Shown: positions 11,800-23,699, counted from the whole stretch's first letter. The stretch is 63,468 bases of DNA, filler included, from Octopus bimaculoides (GCF_001194135.2; 6 parts of 6 records of this genome joined end to end with filler, not necessarily neighbours in it), one strand, 5' to 3'. The notes: generated from the letters alone by a model not told the origin. Numbers and translations: made by a program.

Positions 11800-12780
11800 G
11801 TCTTCCAGATTTAATCGTCACATGAAACTCGACGCGATGGCCAGAACAGGAAGGAACAGGATTACAAAGAAGAAAATCACCTACAGATGAAGTTCAATAT
11901 ATTTTGACCGATGGCTCAAAAGAACTATGATGGAAGTTAAGCATTAAAACAACCACCAAGTGAAAACGCAACCGGTCAGATATTGTTGTGTGGGACCCCA
12001 AGGAAAAGATATGCTCTGCTATGGCAACTAGCCGCACACCCTGGTCACAACTAGCCACACACCCTGGTCACAACTAGCCACACACCCTGGTCACAAATGT
12101 GATGAGAAAAATACAGGGGGGAGAGAGAGAGAGAGAGAGAGAGAGTGGGGGGGGAGGACTGTTAAGGAGTTTGAAAATCCAGTACACAAGATACACTTTC
12201 GGCTTCATATCTATTAATGTTGTATCATTGGAACATCGGGTTACGTACCAACCAGTCCGGAGCAAAGTATGGCTGAACTTGGGATCTTAAGGAGAGAATG
12301 CAAATCCTTAATTCATACACTTCAAACGGTCATGCTATCTGGGACTATAAACATCTGCAGGACCTTTTTAAGATTTGAAGGGTGATCGTTGAACCCAGAT
12401 CCTTCTTTCACAACCTTGCTACCCAGTAGGGGGCTGGACAAAATTTACGCAAGATTAGAGAAAAACATGTATATGCATGTATATATACGTACAATACACT
12501 TTTGGCAAGAATACCTACGTTGAACTATTGAAAAATCTGCAGTTACTCTATCCAGATTACAAGTTCAGGTTTATAGCTGTAATTATTGGGGTCCTGGGAT
12601 ATGTGACACACTGCCTAAATACCAGTCTTGAGGAATTAAGTTTCTCAAAACCAGAAAGGAGAAAGCTAATTCGAAGACTACAGAGCCAGTCCCTCACTGG
12701 AACTGTAAAACTTTTTAGTTCCTGATGCACAAAAGGGATGGAGATGCAGGGGAAGTCGTAAAATGTGACATCCGATGCAA
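11800..12780 (+). mobile_element. R4/Dong-clade non-LTR retrotransposon 3' end (restriction-like endonuclease region), interrupted
   Basis: 11800-12024 encodes W.LSIKTTTK*KRNRSDIVVWDPKEKIC (RPD-type RLE motif); 12440-12780 encodes NTYVELLKNLQLLYPDYKFRFIAVIIGVLGYV...RRLQSQSLTGTVK. Confidence 0.8.
12025..12093 (+). repeat. Tandem repeat, 3 x 23 bp (caactagccacacaccctggtca)
   Basis: Units at 12025, 12048, 12071; one substitution in unit 1. Confidence 0.97.
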
Positions 12781-13135
12781 ACTTTGGAGTTCACACTGAA
12801 GATATCGTCTACATCATAATACAGAAATACACACACACACACACACACATATATATAATACGCACACACACATTTAATACATATATACGTATAAAAGAGA
12901 AAGTGACCGAAATGAATTAAAGGGAAATAACTCGGCTGCTCTTCAATTGTCTGAGAAAGTCTCGACGTGTCCTGCCACATCAAACGCAACAACCGCCAGG
13001 TGATTGCTTCTCACAGGAAACAGACGATGTTTGCTGTGGCCACTCTTTTGGCTCTCATAATAAACTTCTTCCACTCATATTCTTATTGATTACATCGCCC
13101 ACCTCCACCAGCAGTAGCAGCATCAACAAAACCAT

Positions 13136-13169
<34 letters not shown>

Positions 13170-13748
13170 GCAACTACCGGTTCGAGAGTAGACAGGACAC
13201 AGACAGGAGGCGAGAGTTGAAGGCGATAACAGTGCAAACATCATGGCTAACCTTTAACATTGGCAGACACGTACAATTGCAGGGTTGTGTGGGGTGCGAG
13301 CGTGTGTACTTGTGTGTGTGTGTGTATTTATGTATGTATGTATATCTATATGTCTATGTGTGTATTATATGCATACACACACACGTTGGTTACGAGTTAA
13401 TGACTCCCTCAGTCATCAATCAGAGTGTCAGAGATACGCAGACTCGTGCCTGGATTTCATGATGTTCATGATACCCCCACCCCCACACGCAGATGTGTGC
13501 CTCCATAAGAGAGAGAGAGAGCGATAGAGAAACAGAAATACGTAGCTAACTAACCAGCGAGCTAGCTAGCTAGCTAGATAGATAGATAGATATAGGTAGA
13601 TTGATTGACAAATTGACAGATAAGATAGCAAAATAGAGATAGACTGACAGATAGCTAGATAGAGAGATAAACAGATGGACAGATTGATAGCTAGCTAGAT
13701 GGATAGATAGACAGATTGAGAGAGAGAGGCGGACAAACGCACACCTAC

Positions 13749-13793
<45 letters not shown>

Positions 13794-13861
13794 CCTGTGT
13801 GAATGTGGGTTCATGACTGGGCGTGCACACCGTTAACCTAAATCTAATCTTTCTTTGTCAG

Positions 13862-14208
13862 GTTGTGTTCTCTATATTTCGTCGCTTTAATTCTACGTTA
13901 TACACCCACGGACAACTGTAGCCAGTCGTAACCATGACGCAACATGCCTAAGACATTTCAGTATATCTCAGCGGCACATCCCCTTCTTTACGCACCAAAC
14001 TGTACAGATTGATGCAAGACAATTAGATGAACAATATCCTACCCATAACGGACATTTGCTGGATGGGTCGAAACGATCGTCGTACTGAACAAAGAAGACT
14101 AGAGCTAAATCTTTCCGTTTCCTTCATCAATTACTATTATGTCAGCTTACACTGCAAATTCCTGAAGCCGATCCAACGGAAATGTACTCCAACCGTGGAT
14201 GACACCAG
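13862..14208 (+). other. Candidate non-coding/5'-UTR exon (347 nt)
   Basis: Acceptor aatctaatctttctttgtcAG with branch-like ctaat; donor CCAG|GTAACC; unique CpG-containing sequence; all frames closed internally; ATG ACA CCA G at the 3' end. No transcript evidence. Confidence 0.35.
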
Positions 14209-14292
14209 GTAACCCGAAACTACGAACGTGCTTTACTCAACACACTAATTAACATACATACCCATTAACCCTAACAATTACACACACACATA

Positions 14293-14533
14293 TTTGGTAG
14301 ACGTAAACTGAAAAAAAACCCGTCGTATATATGTGTTTTTGTGTGTCTGTTCTCACCAGCATCGCTTGACAACCGATGTTAGTGTGTTTACATCTCCGTG
14401 ACTTGCAGTTCGGCAAAGGAGATCGATAGAATAACCAGGCTCACAAAGAATAAGTCCTGGGGTCGATTTGTTCGACTAAAGGCGGCCTCCCAGCAAGGCC
14501 GCAGTCAAATGACTGAAACAAATAAAATCATAA
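14293..14533 (+). mobile_element. SINE family A, headless
   Basis: tttggtagacgtaaactgaaaaaaaacccgtcg...cagtcaaatgactgaaacaaataaaa. Confidence 0.85.
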
Positions 14534-14547
14534 GAGTGTATTATGTA

Positions 14548-14580
<33 letters not shown>

Positions 14581-15033
14581 NNNNNNNNNNNNNNNNNNNN
14601 NNNNNNNNNNNNNNNNNNNNNNNNNNNNNNNNNNNNNNNNNNNNNNNNNNNNNNNNNNNNNNNNNNNNNNNNNNNNNNNNNNNNNNNNNNNNNNNNNNNN
14701 NNNNNNNNNNNNNNNNNNNNNNNNNNNNNNNNNNNNNNNNNNNNNNNNNNNNNNNNNNNNNNNNNNNNNNNNNNNNNNNNNNNNNNNNNNNNNNNNNNNN
14801 NNNNNNNNNNNNNNNNNNNNNNNNNNNNNNNNNNNNNNNNNNNNNNNNNNNNNNNNNNNNNNNNNNNNNNNNNNNNNNNNNNNNNNNNNNNNNNNNNNNN
14901 NNNNNNNNNNNNNNNNNNNNNNNNNNNNNNNNNNNNNNNNNNNNNNCTGTAAATTTTGTATAATTATGTATTGTTAATATAACAATACATAAAGACGGGC
15001 TAGAGTTGAAGTGCTCAGCATGAGCTAGAATTC

Positions 15034-15486
15034 ATCTTATAGTAAAAATAGATACAAAAGGGTGGAAAACCACAGGAACAATACCATATGTCCAAGGAAT
15101 TGAACACATATTATATCTTGAAGGAATTCAACACACATATATCTTGCGTATTTATTGATTCTTGAAGGAATTGAACACATATTATATCTTGCGTATATAT
15201 CGTAATGTTTTAACTTAAATTCTTATATTCTTATACAATTTGGTAATTATGCATGTTTATAGATATTTTTAAATAAATATTTTGAACATTCATGATATTT
15301 CTAAAGTTTTTATTGTTGTATTTGCCTGTCTTTTTATCGTACCTTTTAGACACTTTAGAGACTGAATACTATAAATTTATTTATTGATTCTTGAAGGAAT
15401 TGAACACACATATTATATCTGGCGTTGGACATATGGTATTGTTCCTGTGGTTTTCCACCCTTATGTATCTATTTTTACTATAAGAT
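15034..15486. repeat. 62-bp inverted repeat pair enclosing direct repeats (foldback structure)
   Basis: 15034-15095 versus reverse complement of 15425-15486: 61/62 identical; four internal copies of aggaattgaacacatattatatct. Confidence 0.95.
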
Positions 15487-15677
15487 ATATATATATATAT
15501 ATATATATAAACGTAGGTACGATAAATTCCAACCTGTGCATGTGAGTATATAGTTGTGTGTGTGTGTACACATGTGTATAGATGTAATTATGTGGATATA
15601 TACATATCTCTATTTAGTTAATGCGAGGATGTCTTATCTTATCCTCATAAGGGATTATTATATCCAAAATTTCATAG

Positions 15678-15770
15678 GTTTAATCGCCAACACCATTGAA
15701 GAAAATCTCTTCGATATGTACGAGATTATTATAAGTGTAAATATGATTAAAGAAGAGAAATGGAGAGTTG
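15678..15770 (+). CDS. Candidate 93-nt phase 1-1 coding exon, product unrecognised
   Basis: tttcatAG|...TTG|GTAAGG; only one open frame: (G)LIANTIEENLFDMYEIIISVNMIKEEKWRV(G). Confidence 0.35.
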
Positions 15771-15834
15771 GTAAGGATGTAAAATTAATTTATTAACATA
15801 CTTCCAAAATAAAGTCAAAATAAAGCCTACGTAA

Positions 15835-15920
15835 GTTTCAATTCAATCCAATAAATAATTGCATGATTAAAAAATTGGAATTTTTCAATTATGCAATTAT
15901 TTATTGGACTGAATTGAAAC
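15835..15920. repeat. 86-nt near-perfect hairpin (41-bp stem)
   Basis: Checked base by base: 38 Watson-Crick pairs, 1 G-T, 2 A-C, loop tgga. Confidence 0.95.
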
Positions 15921-16196
15921 GTATGTTCTGTGACTTTTAGGTGTTTTTACACCTGGCCAATTAACGAGAACTTTTTTCTCTCATACCTATAAATCGCAGC
16001 CTGCCCACCAACTGGCAATACACATACACTGTGTATCCAAAGAACATTTCCAACGAAAAAAAAAACTTGGCTCTTTCTCAGTTTATTACTCCAGGTTGTA
16101 TGATATCGATTACCCTTTCACCGATTATCTGATTGGTTATTGATTTGCTTCGAATAGAGCAATAATTTTGATATGAAATTATATGAAAATTACGAT

Positions 16197-16238
<42 letters not shown>

Positions 16239-16489
16239 TCTTCAGAAAGAAACATCGAATTTAGAATAACTCTTCCACCATTTTAAAGTCTGTTCTTTCT
16301 TTGTTTTCGTTATTATTTGTTTGAGATAAAAGAAGATATTTACACAACTGTTTCCGTTTCAACCAAGACATTACATCTTGGTTTTATAAAATTACTTTTG
16401 GTGACTCACTTCTGCTTTCTGGAACTTCGGCCAATTGGCAAAAATGTGTTCGTGCGTCGAACAAAATTCTGTATTTAACTGTTTATCCT

Positions 16490-16882
16490 TTATCTTTTAC
16501 TTATTTCAGTCATTAGACTGCGGCTATGCTGAGGCACCTCCTTGAAGAATTTTTAGTCGAATGTATTAACCCCAGCACTTGTTTTTATAAGCCTGGTACT
16601 TATTCTATCGGACTCTTTTACCGAATCGCTAAGTTATGGGGGACGTAGACACACCAGCAACGCTTGTCAAGTGGTGGGGCAAACACACACACACACACAC
16701 ACACACAGACACACAGGGGACAGAATTCTGTCAGTCTCCGTCTACCAAAATCTACTCACAAGGGTTTGGTGAGCTTGGGGCTATAGTAGAAGACTCTTGT
16801 CCAAGGTGCCATGCAACGGAACTGAACCCGGAACCATGTGGTTGGGAAGCAAGCGTCTTGCCACACAGTCACGCCTGCGCTT
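16490..16882 (-). mobile_element. SINE family A, full length
   Basis: Reverse complement of head, body and tail. Confidence 0.9.
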
Positions 16883-18248
16883 ATTTGTTTCGGGTCATTA
16901 CTCTCTGGTTTGAAATTTCACCGAGGTCACGTTTAAGTTAATAAAGTACCAGTTACACAGCTCGTTGGTGTGAGGTCGACCCCTTTTCCTCAGTTTTCTC
17001 CCCCCCCCCTCGTGCCTATTCGACGGAATAACCTTCGGTGCCTTTCTTCAAAGATGCCAATTTTCGTATGGTTGATCCTGTTCGATGATTGATCAATATA
17101 AATTAGAATCCACTGGCAACTCTAACATAATATAGTAGATTCACGCCCCACCAGCCTCATCAGGCAACCATCATCCCGCCCAGTTAAAAATAAAATTACT
17201 TCTAATTGTAGAAATAATTATCATCAAAGACAGTTAACAGTGGCCATTGCTATATNNNNNNNNNNNNNNNNNNNNNNNNNNNNNNNNNNNNNNNNNNNNN
17301 NNNNNNNNNNNNNNNNNNNNNNNNNNNNNNNNNNNNNNNNNNNNNNNNNNNNNNNNNNNNNNNNNNNNNNNNNNNNNNNNNNNNNNNNNNNNNNNNNNNN
17401 NNNNNNNNNNNNNNNNNNNNNNNNNNNNNNNNNNNNNNNNNNNNNNNNNNNNNNNNNNNNNNNNNNNNNNNNNNNNNNNNNNNNNNNNNNNNNNNNNNNN
17501 NNNNNNNNNNNNNNNNNNNNNNNNNNNNNNNNNNNNNNNNNNNNNNNNNNNNNNNNNNNNNNNNNNNNNNNNNNNNNNNNNNNNNNNNNNNNNNNNNNNN
17601 NNNNNNNNNNNATATATATATATATGTAAACACGCATACATTTACTTATATATATATACATACACAAATCTTCAATCATATATGTGCACATGTGCATGTG
17701 TGTACAAACATGTCTACATAGACACACATATACACACACACAACAAACATGTATATCGATACTTATATACATATATGCGTCTATGTACACGCGCGCACAC
17801 ACATACACACATACACCTTGCCAGTAAAGAAATTTGCAAACACTTATTTATGATTTAAAAAAAAAAAGAAACGAAAAAGATAACAATGTTTGATTTGAGA
17901 AACGAAATGAAATTTTAAAGATTTTCTTAAAACAAGAAATAAAACGACACAGTTTTGGTTAAAGAAGTTTGTTTCAATTAATATGTAGAGATCTTCAGGG
18001 AAGGAGGTAAAAATAACCCGTCCAGGTGGAGTGGTGGCGGTGGAGTCAATGTACAGCCGGAGCAGTGCAACAACAATAACAATAATAATACTTAGTGGCT
18101 AGATCACTGGTGCAGACACATACATACATCCACGGATGCACGGATACATGCATGCACATAGATGTGCATACACACGTACATAGAGACGTATTCATATACA
18201 TACATCTATGCATACGTACACACGTATACACATACAGACATGCAGACA

Positions 18249-18298
<50 letters not shown>

Positions 18299-18654
18299 CA
18301 CACACATACATACACATATATACACCAACATACATTTGTACATACGCACAAACACATCGACACATATATACGCATACACACATAAACATACACATATACA
18401 CTCGCATAAAATGCACGCACGCACACACGCACGCACACACACGCAAACACACTCTTCCAGAATTGGAATGTGTATTTCTGTCTTTTGAACGAATAATTGA
18501 AACGAAAATAGAAGAGATTGTAGGAGGACAGAATTAGAGAATAACTGAATGGGGGAATGAAAGATAAGTTGGAATGGTGGAATGAGCAAAAAGTATTACA
18601 ATTACAGAATGAGAGGATTGCAGAATAGTATTGCAATTGAATATATATATTCTT

Positions 18655-18850
18655 TTCTTTCTATTCTTTTACTTGTTTCAGTCATTTGACTGCGGCCATG
18701 CTAGAGCACCACTTTTAGTCGAACAAATCGACCTCAGGACTTATTCTTTGTAATCCTAGTACTTATTCCATTGGTCATTTTGTGCCAAACCACTAAGTTA
18801 CGAGGACGTGAGCACACCAGCATCGGTTGTCAAACAATGGTGGAAGGACA
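18655..18850 (-). mobile_element. SINE family A, 3' half
   Basis: ttttacttgtttcagtcatttgactgcggccatgctagagcacc... Confidence 0.9.
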
Positions 18851-18851
18851 A

Positions 18852-18917
<66 letters not shown>

Positions 18918-19096
18918 TAGTGAATTCATGTTTTCTCCACCGGCATCAATGTACGGAAGATTAAGTTGGATATCGACACTAACAAAACCTCAAGGTCATA
19001 CGGGGTCATAACCTCTGACCTTCATCCCGTTCAACTAAAGATTTTAAAGAAAACTTCGGAGAGAGTAAGAGAAAAAGAGAGAGAAAAAGACTACAT

Positions 19097-19131
<35 letters not shown>

Positions 19132-19254
19132 CGTGCGTGGTATATAAATGTTGTGTGTGTGTATACATGTGTGCATACACGCATATACATACGTACAGAG
19201 AATGTGTGTAGATAACATCAGTTCTGTGTATATATGTGTATATACATGCGTGTG

Positions 19255-19291
<37 letters not shown>

Positions 19292-19799
19292 GCACATAAA
19301 TACATACTGAGAATGTGTGTGTGTGTGTGTGTGTCATTTCCTCGTGACCCGTCCACTGACAGACGATAACAGCCCCCACCCCCAACTGCAGAAGGAAGGA
19401 GGATCAGACAAAGACAAACAAGCATCGAAGCAGTGTCTGTGGATAGATTCCATTCCAATCGTTGTTTCACCAAAATATTTCAGGAAGAAGCAAATATTTT
19501 CTGAGACACTTTCTCCTTATCAGATTTCCAGAATAAATTGTTTTTCGTTCGAGGTCACGTTTACCAAAATAAATAAATAAACGCAACGAATAAAAAATGA
19601 ACGCCATAAAAAAACCAAAAAAAAAAAAAAACCCAGAATATTTGCTGTTTTGTTTGATTTATCGATTTCGATGTAATTTCCAAATTCGAGAGGTTCTTTT
19701 TTTCTTGTTTTCTAAGGAGAAATTTCTTTCTCCCCCGACGAAGGATGGTCCGACAAAGACAATGCCAACCTTCTCTTCTTTCACATGAACAACTTTTCA

Positions 19800-19925
19800 T
19801 CTTGTATTTTGTTTTAGTCATTAGATTGCGGCCACGCTGGGGCACTTACCACCTTGAAGAAGTATTTTAGTCGGTGGAATCAACTCCAGGACTTAATTTG
19901 TTTTTTAAAAGCCTAATACTTGTTG
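19800..19925 (-). mobile_element. SINE family A, 3' end
   Basis: gtcattagattgcggccacgctggggcac...ccaggacttaattt. Confidence 0.75.
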
Positions 19926-20939
19926 TGCCACCTCCATCGGTGCCGAAGCATCAGGTGACGTCATAAGAGGTGTCTCGTTAAATGAACTGTTTCGGTCTAA
20001 GACAGCATTTTGTTTGTGTCCGGAAGTTTAAGCCGTTGGGCTGAGTTGAAATCTTTACTCTATTTCACGGTTCCGCTTCATCAGGCGACTGGTGACATCG
20101 TCTGTTGTAATTCCGTTTGGAACTTGTGATCGATATCAGGACAACTGCAAAGCCACGTCCAGCTGTAATACAACCCTGATCATTTAAAACAAAGGCCTAA
20201 CGTTTTATGGGTCATCGGAGAAAGGACTTACCCACCAGTTTATATTTTCTTTATCTCAGCTTCCATTCTCCTTCAACTCCTTCATTTTTAACTTATCGCC
20301 AGTCTTCCATAGTTTCCTGTTCTTTTAGCAGCAGCAGTTTTTTTATTTTTTGTCACTTTTAGTCCTTTGAATTCGGAATTCTTTCGCTCGTGCCACAACA
20401 TCTTGAATCTTATTAGCTGAGCCTGTTGAGTCTTCATATCTTCCCTGTTTCTTTCTTCCTTCCGTTCTCTCAAGAATAATTGACAAATGATGATGTTTTC
20501 GAGTTTTTGTGGGGGCAATATGAAGGGGAAAGCTCATCTATTTCTGCAGAACTGATCTGAAGAGTCGGTCTGAAATAAACCGATTTAATATTCATAGAAT
20601 CAATAAAAAAGAGAACTGACTGCGAATTCCCAAATTACTGAATATCTGATATATTTATAGACTAAATGTGTGTGTGTGTGTGGGGGGGGGGTGTTAGTGC
20701 AACACGTAACGGCATTAGTTGTACATAATGTATGTTTTATACTGACAGTAATGTGATGAATGCATTAATTACATTACAATTGGAGCGAAGGGAGATAATC
20801 AATAAATTACTGGAACCCCGCTTCCTGGGTTTTGTATCGATGTAACACCATCCAAGAGAGGTGGGCATATTTGGACAATATCACAAACTGATTTCATTTT
20901 TTGTTTCTTTCTTTCATTTCATTCTTTCTTTCCATCTCC

Positions 20940-21337
20940 TTTTAAGGGATCTATTTCAAAACGGGGGCACCAGTTTTCATTTATGTTTTATGTAGTGTTT
21001 TTGGTACCGAAAGACTTTCAAACTTCGTATACTTATCTATTTTGTGTTATAGAACAGAAAAAAAATTTTGTATTCGAATTTATTTCATGTAAAAAATTGT
21101 CTTATTTCGATAATTTCTACTAATCACTGACGTCTATTCAGTTGAAAACAGTTAGCGCTGTAACGGTGTATATCGTATTAATCCCCTAACCCTAACCAGA
21201 CTGTTAACCCTAACCCTAACTCTAGAATCCGAACTCTAAAATTGTTACACACATAGATACGCACAGCGTAATTTATTATACAAACAATATATGCGTATAA
21301 ATTACGATTAAACCGGATGAAATATGTCACAGGGAAT
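20940..21337. mobile_element. Putative non-autonomous DNA element with telomere-like (TAACCC)n core, truncated by gap
   Basis: cccctaaccctaacc...ttaaccctaaccctaac at ~21183-21220 inside a distinct non-SINE segment; family assignment uncertain. Confidence 0.4.
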
Positions 21338-22249
21338 ANNNNNNNNNNNNNNNNNNNNNNNNNNNNNNNNNNNNNNNNNNNNNNNNNNNNNNNNNNNNNN
21401 NNNNNNNNNNNNNNNNNNNNNNNNNNNNNNNNNNNNNNNNNNNNNNNNNNNNNNNNNNNNNNNNNNNNNNNNNNNNNNNNNNNNNNNNNNNNNNNNNNNN
21501 NNNNNNNNNNNNNNNNNNNNNNNNNNNNNNNNNNNNNNNNNNNNNNNNNNNNNNNNNNNNNNNNNNNNNNNNNNNNNNNNNNNNNNNNNNNNNNNNNNNN
21601 NNNNNNNNNNNNNNNNNNNNNNNNNNNNNNNNNNNNNNNNNNNNNNNNNNNNNNNNNNNNNNNNNNNNNNNNNNNNNNNNNNNNNNNNNNNNNNNNNNNN
21701 NNNNNNNNNNNNNNNNNNNNNNNNNNNNNNNNNNNNNNNNNNNNNNNNNNNNNNNNNNNNNNNNNNNNNNNNNNNNNNNNNNNNNNNNNNNNNNNNNNNN
21801 NNNNNNNNNNNNNNNNNNNNNNNNNNNNNNNNNNNNNNNNNNNNNNNNNNNNNNNNNNNNNNNNNNNNNNNNNNNNNNNNNNNNNNNNNNNNNNNNNNNN
21901 NNNNNNNNNNNNNNNNNNNNNNNNNNNNNNNNNNNNNNNNNNNNNNNNNNNNNNNNNNNNNNNNNNNNNNNNNNNNNNNNNNNNNNNNNNNNNNNNNNNN
22001 NNNNNNNNNNNNNNNNNNNNNNNNNNNNNNNNNNNNNNNNNNNNNNNNNNNNNNNNNNNNNNNNNNNNNNNNNNNNNNNNNNNNNNNNNNNNNNNNNNNN
22101 NNNNNNNNNNNNNNNNNNNNNNNNNNNNNNNNNNNNNNNNNNNNNNNNNNNNNNNNNNNNNNNATTTTATTTTTTAAATCACATAAAACCTTCTCTGGAC
22201 GATGTTGACTATGGAGGGCCTGGACCACGTAGTTTCTCAATAAACCACC

Positions 22250-22360
22250 CATGCACACACACACATGCACACACACACATGCACACACACACATGCACAC
22301 ACACATGCACACACACACATGCACACACATATGCACACACACACATGCACACACACACAA
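22250..22360. repeat. Compound minisatellite, ~14-bp unit catgcacacacaca
   Basis: About 8 units visible. Confidence 0.9.
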
Positions 22361-23137
22361 CACTGGGCCGTTTTAAGCTCGCTTCCTTTTCCATTTCTTC
22401 TCTTAAAATCATCTCTCTACCTTTCTCACCACTACACTTTTCTCTTCCTTTTTCGTAACTCTGACTCTCTCTCTCTCTCCCTCTTCACATCTTCACATAA
22501 TGACTTCCCTTTCTTTGTCTTACAGTTCTCTCTCCTTGAATTAAACTCACTGTCGAAAACGACGGAGATCCATTTCTGCTTATATTTTAGCTTTGTGTAA
22601 ATAAGTGTCAGGGCATACATCTCTCTCTATCTGCCGACCAATTCTCAATTAAAAAGAAGCGACAGGATGTTACAGAAAATGTCAGACACATTGAAGTTTT
22701 TAGTAGAAAAGGTCACACACACACACACACACAAGCGGACACAGATACAAACACACACGTAGACACACAGACACACAACTACGAGACAGTTAACTAGTCA
22801 CTTGATCTGCTATAAACAGCAGCCAAACGTCCCTCACAGTATCGCATCCTTCGTTTTAAAATCGGGAAAGCCATGATGGAATATAGTAAATTATGTGTGA
22901 TAAATAGATGGGATGGTCTTGGATGGAAGGCCTAGGTTAGCTCTGCTTGACCTGAGTTAATTCGAAACGAAACAATACGGCACTGCAAAGGAGACTATCA
23001 CATAGACTGCTAGAAATAGCAGTCAAGTTTTATCGCGGCCATGCTGGAGTACCACCTTGCAAAAATGTAACTACACGTGGACTGTTGGCGATTTTCCCCT
23101 CTTTCTTCCTTTTCCTTTGGACTTCCCTTTTGTTTCC

Positions 23138-23174
23138 TGTTTCCGAAGAAGAGCTATGCTCGAAACGTAAAATA
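23138..23174 (+). ncRNA. Minimal type I hammerhead-like motif with CCGA core variant, in a repeat tail (23074-23260)
   Basis: tgttt-CCGAAGA-A-GAGC tat GCTC-GAAAC-GTA-aaata: stem I 5 bp (one G-U), stem II 4 bp, palindromic ACGT stem III, GUA triplet. Activity untested. Confidence 0.55.
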
Positions 23175-23699
23175 ACCACACTTTTCCTTCCTTGAGCGTC
23201 TTATTGTTGCTTTACATCTGCTACATCCTCACGTTTTTTTTTATTGTTTGTTTTCTTGTCTTTTTCTCCGTTTTTGAATTAACTAATATTAGTTGAACGG
23301 TACAAACACATATACTATGTGAAGGGTTGTAATGTGTGTCGGGAGAGGCGGGGATCTCCAGCAGCAGCGGTAATCTATAGTCATTTTTAATAAATACCAA
23401 CTTCGTTCGCCTAATTTGCATAATAACCTTTCCTATTTACCAAAAGGCCTCGCTTAACATTTTAAATTATTCTTTAAACGACGTCTACTGCACTGCACAC
23501 ACACACACACACACACACATAACACACACACACATAATGTATATTTATACATATGTATCTGCCTTAGATATCTTATCGTCTGCCCTGCTTCAGTTACTGC
23601 ATTTATAACTTCTCTATAATATATTTAGAATGTGATATCTAACCTACATTTCATAAGTCACTGTGTGTATTTATATATATATTCATATATAAATATTTG

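Noticed and set aside
12025-12093. Possible CRISPR-like repeat array
   Set aside because: Units are contiguous with no spacers and the context is eukaryotic; it is a simple minisatellite.
17140-17180. Minus-strand CTGATGAGGCTGGTGGGGCGTGAAT as another hammerhead
   Set aside because: Only the heptamer matches; stem II and GAAA are not convincing.
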